Source: an uncultured Chitinophagaceae bacterium
GTDB taxonomy: Bacteria > Bacteroidota > Bacteroidia > Chitinophagales > CAIOSU01
Assembly: GCA_964518215.1 (NCBI GenBank)
Contig: CAZFFP010000005.1
Span: 15,502 to 79,501, forward strand
Length of the DNA: 64,000 nt
Reading direction: 5' to 3'
This document shows positions 45,207 to 55,350 of this stretch, piece after piece. Positions within the stretch are counted from its first letter, which is position 1. Every line of letters begins with the position of its first letter. The notes under the pieces are model-generated. The model saw only the letters and a list, made by a program, of their open reading frames with translations. It made no database searches and was not told the DNA's origin. The position numbers and the translations under genes are program-made.

Positions 45207-46784
45207 ATGAAAAATATTTTTTCTGCACTCCTGTTTTTATTGTTTGTTGTAACAACCTTTGCTCAAAACATTATTCGCGGACCCTATTTGCAAATGGGCA
45301 CTCCCGAAAGCATGATTATTCGCGCCCGAACCGATTTAAACTTAGTGCTTGAAGTTCGTTATGGAACCGACCGTAATAATCTTTCTTTTGCTAAATCAGG
45401 AACCAGTGGAACCGAGCATGTGGTGGAAATAAAAAATCTCAATCCAAACACCAAATATTTTTATCGCCTGTATTCATTCGGTCAGCCACTATCGGCAGAT
45501 GATGCTTCTTTTCATTTCATCACTTCTCCCACGCACGGAACCGAACAGCCAATCCATATTTGGGTAATTGGAGATTTTGGTCGGGCTAATCCTCCACAAA
45601 TACAAGTGAAAGAAACTTACCTCAATCAAATAAAAAACAACAGACATACCGATGTTTGGCTGTGGACAGGCGACAATGCCTACAATGATGGCACCGACAC
45701 CGAATATCAAAATCATGTGTTCGAAGTTTATCCCGAAATTTTCAGAAATACGGTAGCATGGCCTACGCCCGGTAATCACGATTACAAATCCATTAATGCC
45801 CAGCACAGAGGTCCATATTACGATATTTTTTCACTGCCAACCAATGGCGAATCCGGTGGCCTTCCAAGTGGTGAAGAAGGTTATTATTCATTTGATTATG
45901 GCAACGTGCATTTTGTTTCGCTCAATTCCGAATGGGTGCCGTGGTATATCAATCCGAACAGCCAAATGATTCAATGGTTGCGTAACGATTTGGCTGCTAC
46001 TACGCAAAAATGGAAAGTGGTTTATTTTCACAAACCTCCTTATTCCAAAGGCTCACACGACTCCGACAATGTAGGCGATTTGATTGCCATGCGCACCGTG
46101 TTGAATCCGGTAATTGAAGAATATGGCGTTGATTTGGTGCTGAACGGACACAGCCACAATTATGAAAGAACCTATTTAATGAAAGGACATTTTGATAATT
46201 CTACCACTTTCGATACAGATGAACATGTGGTAGATAACACCTGCGGAAGCCCTGCTCAGGGCGAAGCCTACATTAAATACACCGATGGCGACAATGCCAA
46301 CGAAGGAACCGTGTATTGTGTTATAGGAAACTCCGGAACCAACACCACCGGAAAATCATTAGACCATCCGGCAATGTGTACCAACTTTCAGGATGAATAC
46401 GGCTCTTTGGTGATTGATGTGCATGGCGACACGCTTACAGCCAAATATGTAGAAATGAGCGGAACTGTGAAAGATGAATTCCGAATATTAAAACGAAGCA
46501 CTACATCTGTTACCGAGCCTGCTTCATTTTTAAAATTTATCAAAGTGTTTCCAAATCCGTCAACACGAATGGTTCAGGTAGCCATACAGCCTGAAAAACC
46601 TGCTTCTATGAGTGTTGTAGTATATGATTTGAACGGAAAAAAAGTTGCCACACTGGCTGATAAACAATTTATGAATACTGCCCAAGTGTTAGAGTGGAAC
46701 ACTTCAAAAGTTTCCAAAGGAAATTATCTCATCAGTATTTCCGATGGCAACAGGCAGGAAAGCAGACTAGTGGTGGTGGAGTAA
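45207..46784 (+). CDS. Purple-acid-phosphatase-type metallophosphoesterase with T9SS C-terminal domain
   Basis: 525 aa with a signal peptide. Calcineurin-like motifs: VIGDFG, TGDNAY, GNHDY, FHKPPYSKGSH, NGHSHNYER. C-terminus KVFPNPSTRMVQVA..GNYLISISDGN..RLVVVE. Confidence 0.8.
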   Translation: MKNIFSALLFLLFVVTTFAQNIIRGPYLQMGTPESMIIRARTDLNLVLEVRYGTDRNNLSFAKSGTSGTEHVVEIKNLNPNTKYFYRLYSFGQPLSADDASFHFITSPTHGTEQPIHIWVIGDFGRANPPQIQVKETYLNQIKNNRHTDVWLWTGDNAYNDGTDTEYQNHVFEVYPEIFRNTVAWPTPGNHDYKSINAQHRGPYYDIFSLPTNGESGGLPSGEEGYYSFDYGNVHFVSLNSEWVPWYINPNSQMIQWLRNDLAATTQKWKVVYFHKPPYSKGSHDSDNVGDLIAMRTVLNPVIEEYGVDLVLNGHSHNYERTYLMKGHFDNSTTFDTDEHVVDNTCGSPAQGEAYIKYTDGDNANEGTVYCVIGNSGTNTTGKSLDHPAMCTNFQDEYGSLVIDVHGDTLTAKYVEMSGTVKDEFRILKRSTTSVTEPASFLKFIKVFPNPSTRMVQVAIQPEKPASMSVVVYDLNGKKVATLADKQFMNTAQVLEWNTSKVSKGNYLISISDGNRQESRLVVVE

Positions 46785-46869
46785 TTTAAAACCATTGGCT
46801 CATTTTCTTTTCTTGCATTCATTCTGAATATAAATCCGACAGTGTATTTTTATCGAAAAAAAATACCTC

Positions 46870-47274
46870 ATGAACTATTGGCTCGTAAAATCGGAACCCT
46901 TCAAATACAGTTGGGAGCAGTTTGAAAAAGACAAGAAAACCTTTTGGGATGGTGTGCGCAATTATCAGGCACGCAACAATCTGAAAGCCATGAAAAAAGG
47001 CGATTTGGTGTTGTTTTATCACAGCAATGAAGGCAAAGAAGTGGTGGGTATTGCCAAAGTGATGAAAGAACACTACCAAGACCCAACTACCGATGATTCC
47101 AACTGGGTGGTGGTGGATTTGTCGCCTCATAAAAAGTTAAAAAAGCCGGTAGGACTCGATGTTATTAAAACAGATAATCGGCTTGAAAATATTTCTTTGG
47201 TTAGGCAAGGCAGACTATCGGTAATGCCTCTGAAAAAAGAGGAGTTCGATGTGATTTTGGAGTTGGGAAGTTAA
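46870..47274 (+). CDS. EVE-domain (PUA-like) protein
   Basis: 134 aa. MNYWLVKSEPFKYSWEQF..WDGVRNYQARNNLKAMKKGDLVLFYHS is the canonical EVE N-terminus. Confidence 0.8.
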   Translation: MNYWLVKSEPFKYSWEQFEKDKKTFWDGVRNYQARNNLKAMKKGDLVLFYHSNEGKEVVGIAKVMKEHYQDPTTDDSNWVVVDLSPHKKLKKPVGLDVIKTDNRLENISLVRQGRLSVMPLKKEEFDVILELGS

Positions 47275-47310
47275 TGTAGTTTTAAGAGAATTTTTTTCGA
47301 GTAATAAAAA

Positions 47311-47334
47311 AGACCACTCGTTTCCGAGTGGTCT
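47311..47334. terminator. Bidirectional intrinsic terminator between convergent genes
   Basis: AAAAAAGACCACTCG-TTTC-CGAGTGGTCTTTTGGG. A perfect 10-bp stem with an A-run upstream and a T-run downstream. Confidence 0.65.
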
Positions 47335-47362
47335 TTTGGGTATTTATGGTATTCAATCAGAA

Positions 47363-50300
47363 TTACTTGGAACTCAACTGCATCAGTTTTAAATGCTGAG
47401 TAGATTCGGGAGTAACTAAGCGGCAGATATACATGCCTTCAGCCATTCCAGAACCATCCATTTCGAAGTTGTAAGCAAGGTTTGCTTCAGCTTCTCCATC
47501 GAACAATACTTTAACCAAAGCGCCTTTGCTGTCGAAAATCTGCAACATGGCACGGCTGTCCTGAGCGAGTTCAAACGAAATGAAAAGATTTTTGCTGAAC
47601 GGATTCGGATAAGCCGAAAGCAGATTGTCTTTCAAAGACATCATGAAGTTCTCGGGCAACAATTCATTGTTGTTTTCAGCAGTTTTATTGGCTTTGGCTT
47701 CGGTGAATCCAATCAGAGCGCGACACTCGTCAAACGCTTCGTTGATAGTACTTACTGCCCTGTTAATTTCATTGAGGCTTACCGGTAATGTTTGTCCTGC
47801 CAAAGCTTGGTTTGCCAATTCAAACAAATCACCAACAGTATTATTAGCACCTAAATAATTCAACACTGAAGTAGAAAGCTGATAAATCTTTTCATTGCCC
47901 GGAGCAACGGTGAAGTCGGTATCTAAACAAATGCCATTTCCTCCTCCACTTCCCGAACCATTAGAAATAATCATGTAAGGACCATCTAAACGAACGGTAT
48001 CCAGTCCATCAATTCTGAGGTTCAATCCAAGAGTGATGGTTTGTCCTAAAAGAATATTTCTGAACTTACCATTCTTAGGATTTCCAAACAAAGGAATACC
48101 AAACGGTGTAGTGGTGCATTGATTAGTGAATACCAAATTAGCAGGTAATTGATTATTGTTTTTGGGCGGCAAAATACCAGCGGGTCCACCGGCAGGCAAT
48201 CTTTCAACAACACAATACACATCGGCAGAATCAAAAGTCAAAGAACGAATATTCAGAACACCTACTGTAAGGGAATTAACAGTCAGGTCTTTCATCAATT
48301 CGAGCGTGGTGCGACCATCGCAGAATTTGCCGCCATAATTACCGTAGAAACCTTGAGTGAACGAGCAATAAGCCAATCCTGTCATGCTGTAGAAAGAAAC
48401 AGTACAAGTTTCAGAGCAATTACCATCGGCATTCACAATGGTTACGCTAATCGTTCCAATCGAACCTGCAACACCTGCCACATAATACAAACTATCAGTT
48501 CCTTGTCCTGAATCAATAGACCATCCATCGCCCGATACTGTCCATGTAATGGTAGCAGCATTTTTAAAATCGCCAACAATTAAATAAGTATCGCCTTCAA
48601 TAGGTAAAGACTTTGGTAAATTGAGTTTGCACTCAGGTTTATTGTCTTTATAGTTAACACTTACTGTATCAGAAGCAGAGCAACCGTTATCAAGATTGGT
48701 AACCAAAAGCGTGTATAATCCGGGTTTATTTACGGTAGGAGTCAATGTGCTTCCACCGGAAACAATTCCGGGACCACTCCAACTTATAGTTCTGTTAACA
48801 GCATTGGCGCTTCCCTGCAATGAAGTTTGAGGAAACTCGCAATCTAACAATCCCTGAGCGCCAGCGTCAACAATTGGTGGCGTGGTATCTACGGTAACAT
48901 TGGCAGAAGTTGTGGCAGTACATCCGTTTCCGGGGCTGGTAACGGTAACGCTGTATGTCCCTGCAGCATTAACAGTGATAGTTGCAAAGTTGGCATTACC
49001 AACAATTCCGTTGCCGCTCCATGCAAAGCTCGAACCGGGAATATTTGATGTAGCAGTTAATGTTACAGTAGGTCCGGTATAGCAATTGATTACTTTGTCG
49101 GGTCCTGCACTTACTTGTGGAGGAGTGCTATCCACCGAAACTGAAGCAGTAGCAGAAGCAGAGCAGCCATTGGCAGGGTCTGTAACAACAAGAGTATATG
49201 TACCTTGAGCATTTACTGTAATAGAAGCCAAATTAGGATTAGAAACAATTCCCGCACCGCTCCATACAAATTGAGCATTAGGAGTAGAACTGCTGCCATT
49301 CAAGGTTGAAATGAAATTATTGGCACAATTCAACACCGCATTGGCTCCTGCATTAATATTTGGAGGAGTAGTATTAACGGTAACAGAAGTTTGAGCCGAA
49401 GCAGTGCAGCCGTTCGAAGGGTCGGTAACTACTAAAGTGTAAGTTCCCTGAGTATTAACAGTTGGAGTTGCAGTATTTCCACCGGAAACAATTCCGGGAC
49501 CACTCCAAGCAAATTGTGCATTTGGAGTGCTGCTGCTGCCATTCAATTGAATGTTCGGTCCGGTGTAACAATTAATTAAACCGTTAGCTCCGGCATTTAC
49601 ATTCGGAGTATTTGTGTTTAAAGTAACTAAAGTCTGATCGGACGCAGTACATCCATTTGCAGGGTTAGTAACCAACAATGTATAAGTACCCGGGGAGTTT
49701 ACTGTTGGAGTGAGTGTATTTCCACCGGATACAATTCCGGGACCGCTCCAGCTGTAGGTTACACCTTGTGTAGTGCTGCTTCCATTGAGTTGTATGGTTG
49801 GACCGGTAAAACAATCAATAATGGCATCAGCGCCTGCATTCACATTTGGTGCTGTTACGTCAACGATTACACAAACAGTATCCGAAGCAGAGCATCCGTT
49901 TACAAGATCAGTAACCATTACTATATAACATCCTGCCGCATTTACTGTAATTGATGACAGGTTAGGATTGGAAATTATGCCCCCACCGTTCCAACTGAAA
50001 GAAGCGCTTGCAGCATTGGTATTTACAGTAAGTGTTACAGTTGGTCCCGTGGTACAATTAATGACTCTGTCAGCTCCCGCATTGGCTGATGGAATGGTAA
50101 CATTAACTGTAACAGAAGTTTGAGACGAAGCGGTGCATCCGTTAGATGGGTCGGTAACTACTAAAGTGTATGTTCCTGCAGCATTAACAGTTGGAGTTGC
50201 AGTATTTCCTCCGGAAACAATTCCGGGACCACTCCAGGCAAATTGTGCATTTGGAGTGCTGCTGCTGCCATTCAACTGAATGGCAGGTCCGGTATAACAA

Positions 50301-52045
50301 TTGATTAAACCGGCAGCTCCGGCATTAACATTCGGAGTATTGGTATTCAATGTAACATACACCGTATCTAAACCGACACATCCGGATGCTTGGTCAAGCG
50401 CCTGAAGCACATATCCTCCGGCTGCATTTACTGTGGCATTACCTCCATTTTGCGAAACTATATTACCACCGTTAAACGCGCTCCACGAAAGTATAGCTCC
50501 GGGAGTTGTTGAACTACCGCTCAACTGAACGGTTGCTCCGGTGAAACAGTTAATCACTGCATCATTACCTGCATTTGCATTGGGAGTAAATACGCTCGAA
50601 GTAACAAAGACAGAATCAATTTTTTCGCAGTTGGTTCCATCAAACACAATGGAAACAAATTTCCATCCGGGAGCATTCCAGGTGGCTTGTGCAGTTTTTT
50701 GACCGGAAACTAAACCTGCTCCGCTCCAAGTAACATCAACAGCCGGAATTGGAGGATTTAAGTTTTGAAGAGTGGTAGTAGCCGTAGTATTGATACAAGA
50801 AATTTCAGTAGCAGCTAACGTATAAGTTGCTTCTAAGCTACGTCCGAAAGAAAAAGGACCGGCAAAATCTTTCAATTCGGCAGTAAAAGATGTTGAAGAA
50901 CGACTTTTTACTAATAATGACCCGAAATACTGCACGCATGGATCGTTGAAATTGAAAGGTTGGTCAAGACCGAAAGCAGTCAGGTTAATAGCAAACTCCA
51001 TATATGTAAGTGCTCCCATCGTTGTTGTGTAAACAGCGTTAGGATTCACTAATGTGCCCCAAGGAGAGGCATCGGTTGCTCCTTCTCTGTTTACACGTGT
51101 AAACACATAAGGAACACTTCCGGCATTTTTAGCAGTTATTTCTGCATAGCCATAAGGCGATGACTTAAAGGTTCCGCTATTATCTGTATCGAATGTTTCG
51201 GTAAAAATAAATGGAACATTTGCCAAGGCATTGAAAGCAGCAAAACTGCCACCGGGCAATTGTGCAGGATCTACCCATACTCTGATAGAAAGTTTGGGGT
51301 TAGCTCCACCATTATCAAAATCGAATGAAATGATTACATCTCCGGGAAAAGTGATTTTACCGGCCCCGTCAAATCTCCAGGCAGTATGTCCTGAATCGGG
51401 ACCTAAAGTGGTGAATACACCTGCGCCATCAATATATTCAAAGGTTTCTCTGAAATACTCAAAGTCAACGTGGCTGTTTCCGTTTTCAACAATAACCGAT
51501 GCCCCTCCATAACCCCACAAAGTATCAAGTACTCCTTCGCCATCTCTTCTTAAGTGAGCAAAAACCTCTATAAGGTCGTTCTTTTGTGGAGAGCCACCCG
51601 AACCAACAGTCCATTTTTTAGGGTTGAAAAAATTTTTATCTGCTCCCCCGGTAAAAACGGACAGGTCGCTGTTGCTTCCGGTAGAATTTTGGTCGCGCCC
51701 ATAAACCGCATCGAGCCATCGTTTGCCATTATTGATACTGTTAATAGGGCGGCTCATTCTGCGCTCTACTTCAATGTTTCTTCCGGCAAGGTTTGCGGTA
51801 GAAAACAACGTATTCAGTGCAGCAGCACCGGTGGTGTCAATTACACCCAAGCCCGAACCCGGACCTTTGTAAAACCAATCATCGGTTCCCGAAGCAGGCA
51901 CCGGAAAGGAACCAAACTGTAATTGGTTGGAATAAATGTCGCCATCAACGCCAAAGTTGGCTTTAACGGCTTCATCGCCTACCAACTGTGCGAAAGTCGG
52001 GGCGGAAAATAAAAAAACCGCAATAGCCATACACAATTTGACCAT
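47363..52045 (-). CDS. Giant T9SS-secreted surface protein with eight tandem repeats of about 81 aa (adhesin-like)
   Basis: The track ORF is 1581 aa from 52108. The ATG at 52045 gives the signal peptide MVKLCMAIAVFLFSAPTFAQ. It has an N-terminal domain of about 480 aa of unknown family, then 8 repeats (..NAGA...INC.TGP...L.GSS.TP.A.F.WSG.GIVSG.NT.TPTVN..GTYTLVVT...NGC.AS....V.V.), then a unique region of about 330 aa. The C-terminal CTD is LSAYPNPFSKNLFISF..GMYICRLVTPE..LKLMQLSSK. Confidence 0.85.
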   Translation of the reverse strand: MVKLCMAIAVFLFSAPTFAQLVGDEAVKANFGVDGDIYSNQLQFGSFPVPASGTDDWFYKGPGSGLGVIDTTGAAALNTLFSTANLAGRNIEVERRMSRPINSINNGKRWLDAVYGRDQNSTGSNSDLSVFTGGADKNFFNPKKWTVGSGGSPQKNDLIEVFAHLRRDGEGVLDTLWGYGGASVIVENGNSHVDFEYFRETFEYIDGAGVFTTLGPDSGHTAWRFDGAGKITFPGDVIISFDFDNGGANPKLSIRVWVDPAQLPGGSFAAFNALANVPFIFTETFDTDNSGTFKSSPYGYAEITAKNAGSVPYVFTRVNREGATDASPWGTLVNPNAVYTTTMGALTYMEFAINLTAFGLDQPFNFNDPCVQYFGSLLVKSRSSTSFTAELKDFAGPFSFGRSLEATYTLAATEISCINTTATTTLQNLNPPIPAVDVTWSGAGLVSGQKTAQATWNAPGWKFVSIVFDGTNCEKIDSVFVTSSVFTPNANAGNDAVINCFTGATVQLSGSSTTPGAILSWSAFNGGNIVSQNGGNATVNAAGGYVLQALDQASGCVGLDTVYVTLNTNTPNVNAGAAGLINCYTGPAIQLNGSSSTPNAQFAWSGPGIVSGGNTATPTVNAAGTYTLVVTDPSNGCTASSQTSVTVNVTIPSANAGADRVINCTTGPTVTLTVNTNAASASFSWNGGGIISNPNLSSITVNAAGCYIVMVTDLVNGCSASDTVCVIVDVTAPNVNAGADAIIDCFTGPTIQLNGSSTTQGVTYSWSGPGIVSGGNTLTPTVNSPGTYTLLVTNPANGCTASDQTLVTLNTNTPNVNAGANGLINCYTGPNIQLNGSSSTPNAQFAWSGPGIVSGGNTATPTVNTQGTYTLVVTDPSNGCTASAQTSVTVNTTPPNINAGANAVLNCANNFISTLNGSSSTPNAQFVWSGAGIVSNPNLASITVNAQGTYTLVVTDPANGCSASATASVSVDSTPPQVSAGPDKVINCYTGPTVTLTATSNIPGSSFAWSGNGIVGNANFATITVNAAGTYSVTVTSPGNGCTATTSANVTVDTTPPIVDAGAQGLLDCEFPQTSLQGSANAVNRTISWSGPGIVSGGSTLTPTVNKPGLYTLLVTNLDNGCSASDTVSVNYKDNKPECKLNLPKSLPIEGDTYLIVGDFKNAATITWTVSGDGWSIDSGQGTDSLYYVAGVAGSIGTISVTIVNADGNCSETCTVSFYSMTGLAYCSFTQGFYGNYGGKFCDGRTTLELMKDLTVNSLTVGVLNIRSLTFDSADVYCVVERLPAGGPAGILPPKNNNQLPANLVFTNQCTTTPFGIPLFGNPKNGKFRNILLGQTITLGLNLRIDGLDTVRLDGPYMIISNGSGSGGGNGICLDTDFTVAPGNEKIYQLSTSVLNYLGANNTVGDLFELANQALAGQTLPVSLNEINRAVSTINEAFDECRALIGFTEAKANKTAENNNELLPENFMMSLKDNLLSAYPNPFSKNLFISFELAQDSRAMLQIFDSKGALVKVLFDGEAEANLAYNFEMDGSGMAEGMYICRLVTPESTQHLKLMQLSSK
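48650..50590 (-). repeat. Eight tandem coding repeats of about 243 nt
   Basis: Repeat 2 (about 50100-50345) and repeat 5 (about 49375-49620) are offset by 729 nt. By hand alignment they differ at about 15 of about 175 positions, and they include an exact 38-nt run GCAAATTGTGCATTTGGAGTGCTGCTGCTGCCATTCAA. Confidence 0.8.
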
Positions 52046-52283
52046 GCGGTTGGGAATGAAGGGCGCAACATTTGGCACACAATCATTTAAGGATAGGATT
52101 AGTTTCATAGTAATAAGTATTTAGGGTTAAGGTTTTAATTATTTGAACGTAAAAATTGGGTTTGTAAATCTAAGTAGTATTACATACTTTTTTTACGAAA
52201 TGATTGGAAATAAATCATTAATTTTTCCCAAACCGAAAACTATACGATGATTTATCTACTCTCAAAGCATACTAAAGAAAAAA

Positions 52284-52299
52284 GGCTCCATATGGAGCC
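52284..52299. terminator. Intrinsic terminator downstream of the TonB-dependent receptor gene
   Basis: AAAGAAAAAAGGCTCCATATGGAGCCTTTTTTCTATT. A palindromic stem GGCTCCA/TGGAGCC flanked by A- and T-runs. Confidence 0.6.
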
Positions 52300-52328
52300 T
52301 TTTTTCTATTCAATAAAAAAAGTCTGTA

Positions 52329-55127
52329 TTACCATTTATTAATATCAAACAACAACGAAGCATAAATTAGTGTACCAATGGTGGGTCCACCATAAATCAT
52401 TCTGAATTTTTGATTAGTGAGGTTCGATGCGCCAAAAGAAATGGTAGTATAGTATTCGGCAAATTCATAAGAAATATTGGCATCAAGCGTATGGTATGAA
52501 TTTACCATGCCATCGCCAAAAGAACTTTGCCAGAAATAAGAGTCGTTCCATCTGAAATTGGTATTGAAGCCTAAGCCTTTCCATACTCTTCTGCCTTGAA
52601 GCCCCAAGTTAAATTTATGTCTGGGAGTATTGAAACCGGGAAGGATAGGGCTGGTTAAATCGTCTTCATTAATATCAGAATAAGTATAGTTGGCAAGTGC
52701 AGTAATGCCTTTTCCGAGTGCATAAGAAAATCCGATACCTGCACCCCAGGTTCTCACACTTTCTTCGGCATTAATAGGAATTTGAAAGCGCTCATAAGCT
52801 CCGGTAAGAACAGCATCTTCTCCTGAATCTTCTCCAACGGTGCCGTTATTGGTAGGAGATACTACACGAACTTCACCAATGAAGTCTTTATACCAGTTGT
52901 AATAAAAAGTGAAGTCAACAAAGAATTTATTTTTAACCAAAATGCCCCTGTAACCAAATTCAAACGTGCGCACTCTTTCGGGTCTTAACTTTGGAAGCAC
53001 AATGCTTTGCAAGGTGTCGGTTCTTATTTCGAAGGTTTCTTCATAATGGTCTAAGAAATCAGTTACTGAATTAAGTGTATAAAGATTGTCGAATCCGGTA
53101 GTATTGCCTTTCAAAGTAATAGGTCCGAGATTGAGCAAAATAAACTGGTTTTGTAAAGTAGGTGTTCTGAATGCCGACTGCCCCGATACTCTGAAGACGT
53201 GGTTGCCATGAGTATAAATAACAGAGCCTCTCGGAGAATACATGAAATCAAAATTTTGGTTTTTATCTACACGCACCGAAGCCATCAGGCGAAGTCTGTC
53301 ACCCCAAACTTTTTTAGACACTTGCACAAAACCGCCTGCTTCCTGATTGGTAAGTTTCAAATATTCACCATCGGGATTGTTTCTGCCATCAGCCAATGTA
53401 TCCGAAGGATTGATAAGCGTGTCCATGAAAATGGTTCCGAAAGAATTGGGGCGATATCTGCGATAAGAAGCGCCTACTAAAATGTCAACAGATTTGATAA
53501 AATCAAATTGATACTGTGCATCGTAGTGCATCATCCACGATTGGTCTAAAAATTTTGAGCCGGTTTGCAAATCAGGGTCGTTAACAATAACTTGATACAA
53601 TGAGTCAAATTCAGGCGTTCCAACTTTTATCCATTCTCTGTCGGCATCTAAACGCGCAATCGAATCGGCAAAAGCCACATCTGATGGTCGAAGGGTATAG
53701 CCTGCATCAAATCCGTTGGAGCGTTCTCTCAAGCCATCAAAGTAGGTGCTGATATATTTTGAAATCCATTTAGGAACACCGGCTCTTGAAATTCCAATAC
53801 CTGTAAATACGATATCATAAGAGTCGCCTGCATTTTCCATAGTAGAATATCCTCTCACTAAAAAGTTTTTGCCCGACAATTCTACTTTATGCTGCTGAAA
53901 ACGAATATCGTTAATGCTATATCGGTTGGTGCCCTGATAAATCGCTGTGCCCAACCCCATGCGGTAATCATAAGAAATCATCATATTTTTAGGCAACTTA
54001 TAATAAGCGCCCGCGCCAATTTTAATGCTTCTCGAATTGTAATCCGCCAGGTCTCTCTCGGCATAACCCGGTGCATTAATTTCTTGTTCACCCGGAAAGG
54101 CAATGTTGTTAAAATCGGCATAACCATTCAAAAATTTAGTGAGATTTTCTCTGGTTTCAGGCTCGGTTTCAGGATCGTCTTTCAGCGTATTCAAAATAGT
54201 AGTAAGATTCTGAGTGGTAGAAATATCGCCATATACGTTAGCTTCAGGGTCGTCAGCTTCCCAATCGTCCACACGCATATATGAGCCTGTAACTTTTATC
54301 GCAAATTTTTTCTTTTCTCCAAAAGCCCTGGCATATCTGCCTTGCACATCGAAATAACCTCTGTTACCACCTTTTATCTGAACTGCAAGTCCGGGATTAT
54401 CGAAAGGATTTTTAGTAGTCATACTTATGACGCCCTGAAAAGCATTGGCTCCATAAAGTGCAGAAGCAGCACCCGAAATAATCTCGACACTTTGAAGGTC
54501 AAGGTCGTTAGCGCCTACAAGGTTACCTACCGGAAAGTTTAAGCCTGGAGCCTGATTGTCCATTCCATCTATAAACTGAACTATTCTTACCGGAGCAGTA
54601 GAATTGAAGCCACGGGTATTGAATGCCTTAAACCCGATGCTCGACTGCAAAATATCAACATCTTTGAGGTTGCCCATACTTTGATAAAAATCACCGGAAG
54701 CCGCAGTTCGAATATCTTTTGCAGTCATTTTTTGGATAGTAACCGGAGACTCCATAACTGTTTCGCTCACTCGCGAAGCAGACACCACTACTTCTTTCGC
54801 CTGAATAGCTGTTTGTTTAATCAGCACATCCACAAAACCGAAAGGCTTAGCCAGCGTTCTTTCAATCGGGTCGTAGCCCAGATAGCTGATAACCAAAGTA
54901 ACCTCCGGAGCATCATCAACTTCGATAGTAAAGTTTCCATCAAAGTCGGTAACAACGCCTTTGGTAGTTCCTTTCACAACTACGTTGGCTGAATATAAAG
55001 GTTGTTTAGAAAGTTCATCGCGCACTTTGCCCGAAATGGTTACTGTTTGTGCAAATGATGTTAAAAAGAAAGAGAGAAATGCTACAAAAAGCAGCAAAGA
55101 TTTTAAGGGTAAAGTAGTTTTTAGCAT
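52329..55127 (-). CDS. TonB-dependent outer-membrane receptor with N-terminal carboxypeptidase-regulatory-like domain
   Basis: 932 aa with a signal peptide. CarboxypepD_reg: ISGKVRDELSKQPLYSANVVVKGTTKGVVTDFDGNFTIEV. Plug: VEIISGAASALYGANAFQGVI. C-terminal beta-barrel ending ..LIYASLLFDINKW (aromatic terminus). Confidence 0.9.
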   Translation of the reverse strand: MLKTTLPLKSLLLFVAFLSFFLTSFAQTVTISGKVRDELSKQPLYSANVVVKGTTKGVVTDFDGNFTIEVDDAPEVTLVISYLGYDPIERTLAKPFGFVDVLIKQTAIQAKEVVVSASRVSETVMESPVTIQKMTAKDIRTAASGDFYQSMGNLKDVDILQSSIGFKAFNTRGFNSTAPVRIVQFIDGMDNQAPGLNFPVGNLVGANDLDLQSVEIISGAASALYGANAFQGVISMTTKNPFDNPGLAVQIKGGNRGYFDVQGRYARAFGEKKKFAIKVTGSYMRVDDWEADDPEANVYGDISTTQNLTTILNTLKDDPETEPETRENLTKFLNGYADFNNIAFPGEQEINAPGYAERDLADYNSRSIKIGAGAYYKLPKNMMISYDYRMGLGTAIYQGTNRYSINDIRFQQHKVELSGKNFLVRGYSTMENAGDSYDIVFTGIGISRAGVPKWISKYISTYFDGLRERSNGFDAGYTLRPSDVAFADSIARLDADREWIKVGTPEFDSLYQVIVNDPDLQTGSKFLDQSWMMHYDAQYQFDFIKSVDILVGASYRRYRPNSFGTIFMDTLINPSDTLADGRNNPDGEYLKLTNQEAGGFVQVSKKVWGDRLRLMASVRVDKNQNFDFMYSPRGSVIYTHGNHVFRVSGQSAFRTPTLQNQFILLNLGPITLKGNTTGFDNLYTLNSVTDFLDHYEETFEIRTDTLQSIVLPKLRPERVRTFEFGYRGILVKNKFFVDFTFYYNWYKDFIGEVRVVSPTNNGTVGEDSGEDAVLTGAYERFQIPINAEESVRTWGAGIGFSYALGKGITALANYTYSDINEDDLTSPILPGFNTPRHKFNLGLQGRRVWKGLGFNTNFRWNDSYFWQSSFGDGMVNSYHTLDANISYEFAEYYTTISFGASNLTNQKFRMIYGGPTIGTLIYASLLFDINKW

Positions 55128-55350
55128 GGTTGGTTGAGTTGAATTAAGCGCCCAAAGTAAAGACTTTAAGTTTAATTAAGAAAATGTTAAAAAATTTTTA
55201 TTTATTGCGCACTTTAAAAAACGATTGCCAAAGCTAATCTTTAGTTTAAAAAACCACCCTTCTGAAAAAATTTATTAAGCCCTGAACTAAGTATCAAAAA
55301 AACCAAATCGAACCTTTTGGGTATTTTCGCATTGAAGTAAATCTATAGCG

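Noticed and set aside
48650-50590. CRISPR-like or non-coding satellite interpretation of the 243-nt repeats
   Set aside because: The repeats are in frame within a continuous 1560-aa ORF and have no unique spacers of CRISPR size. They are protein-domain repeats.
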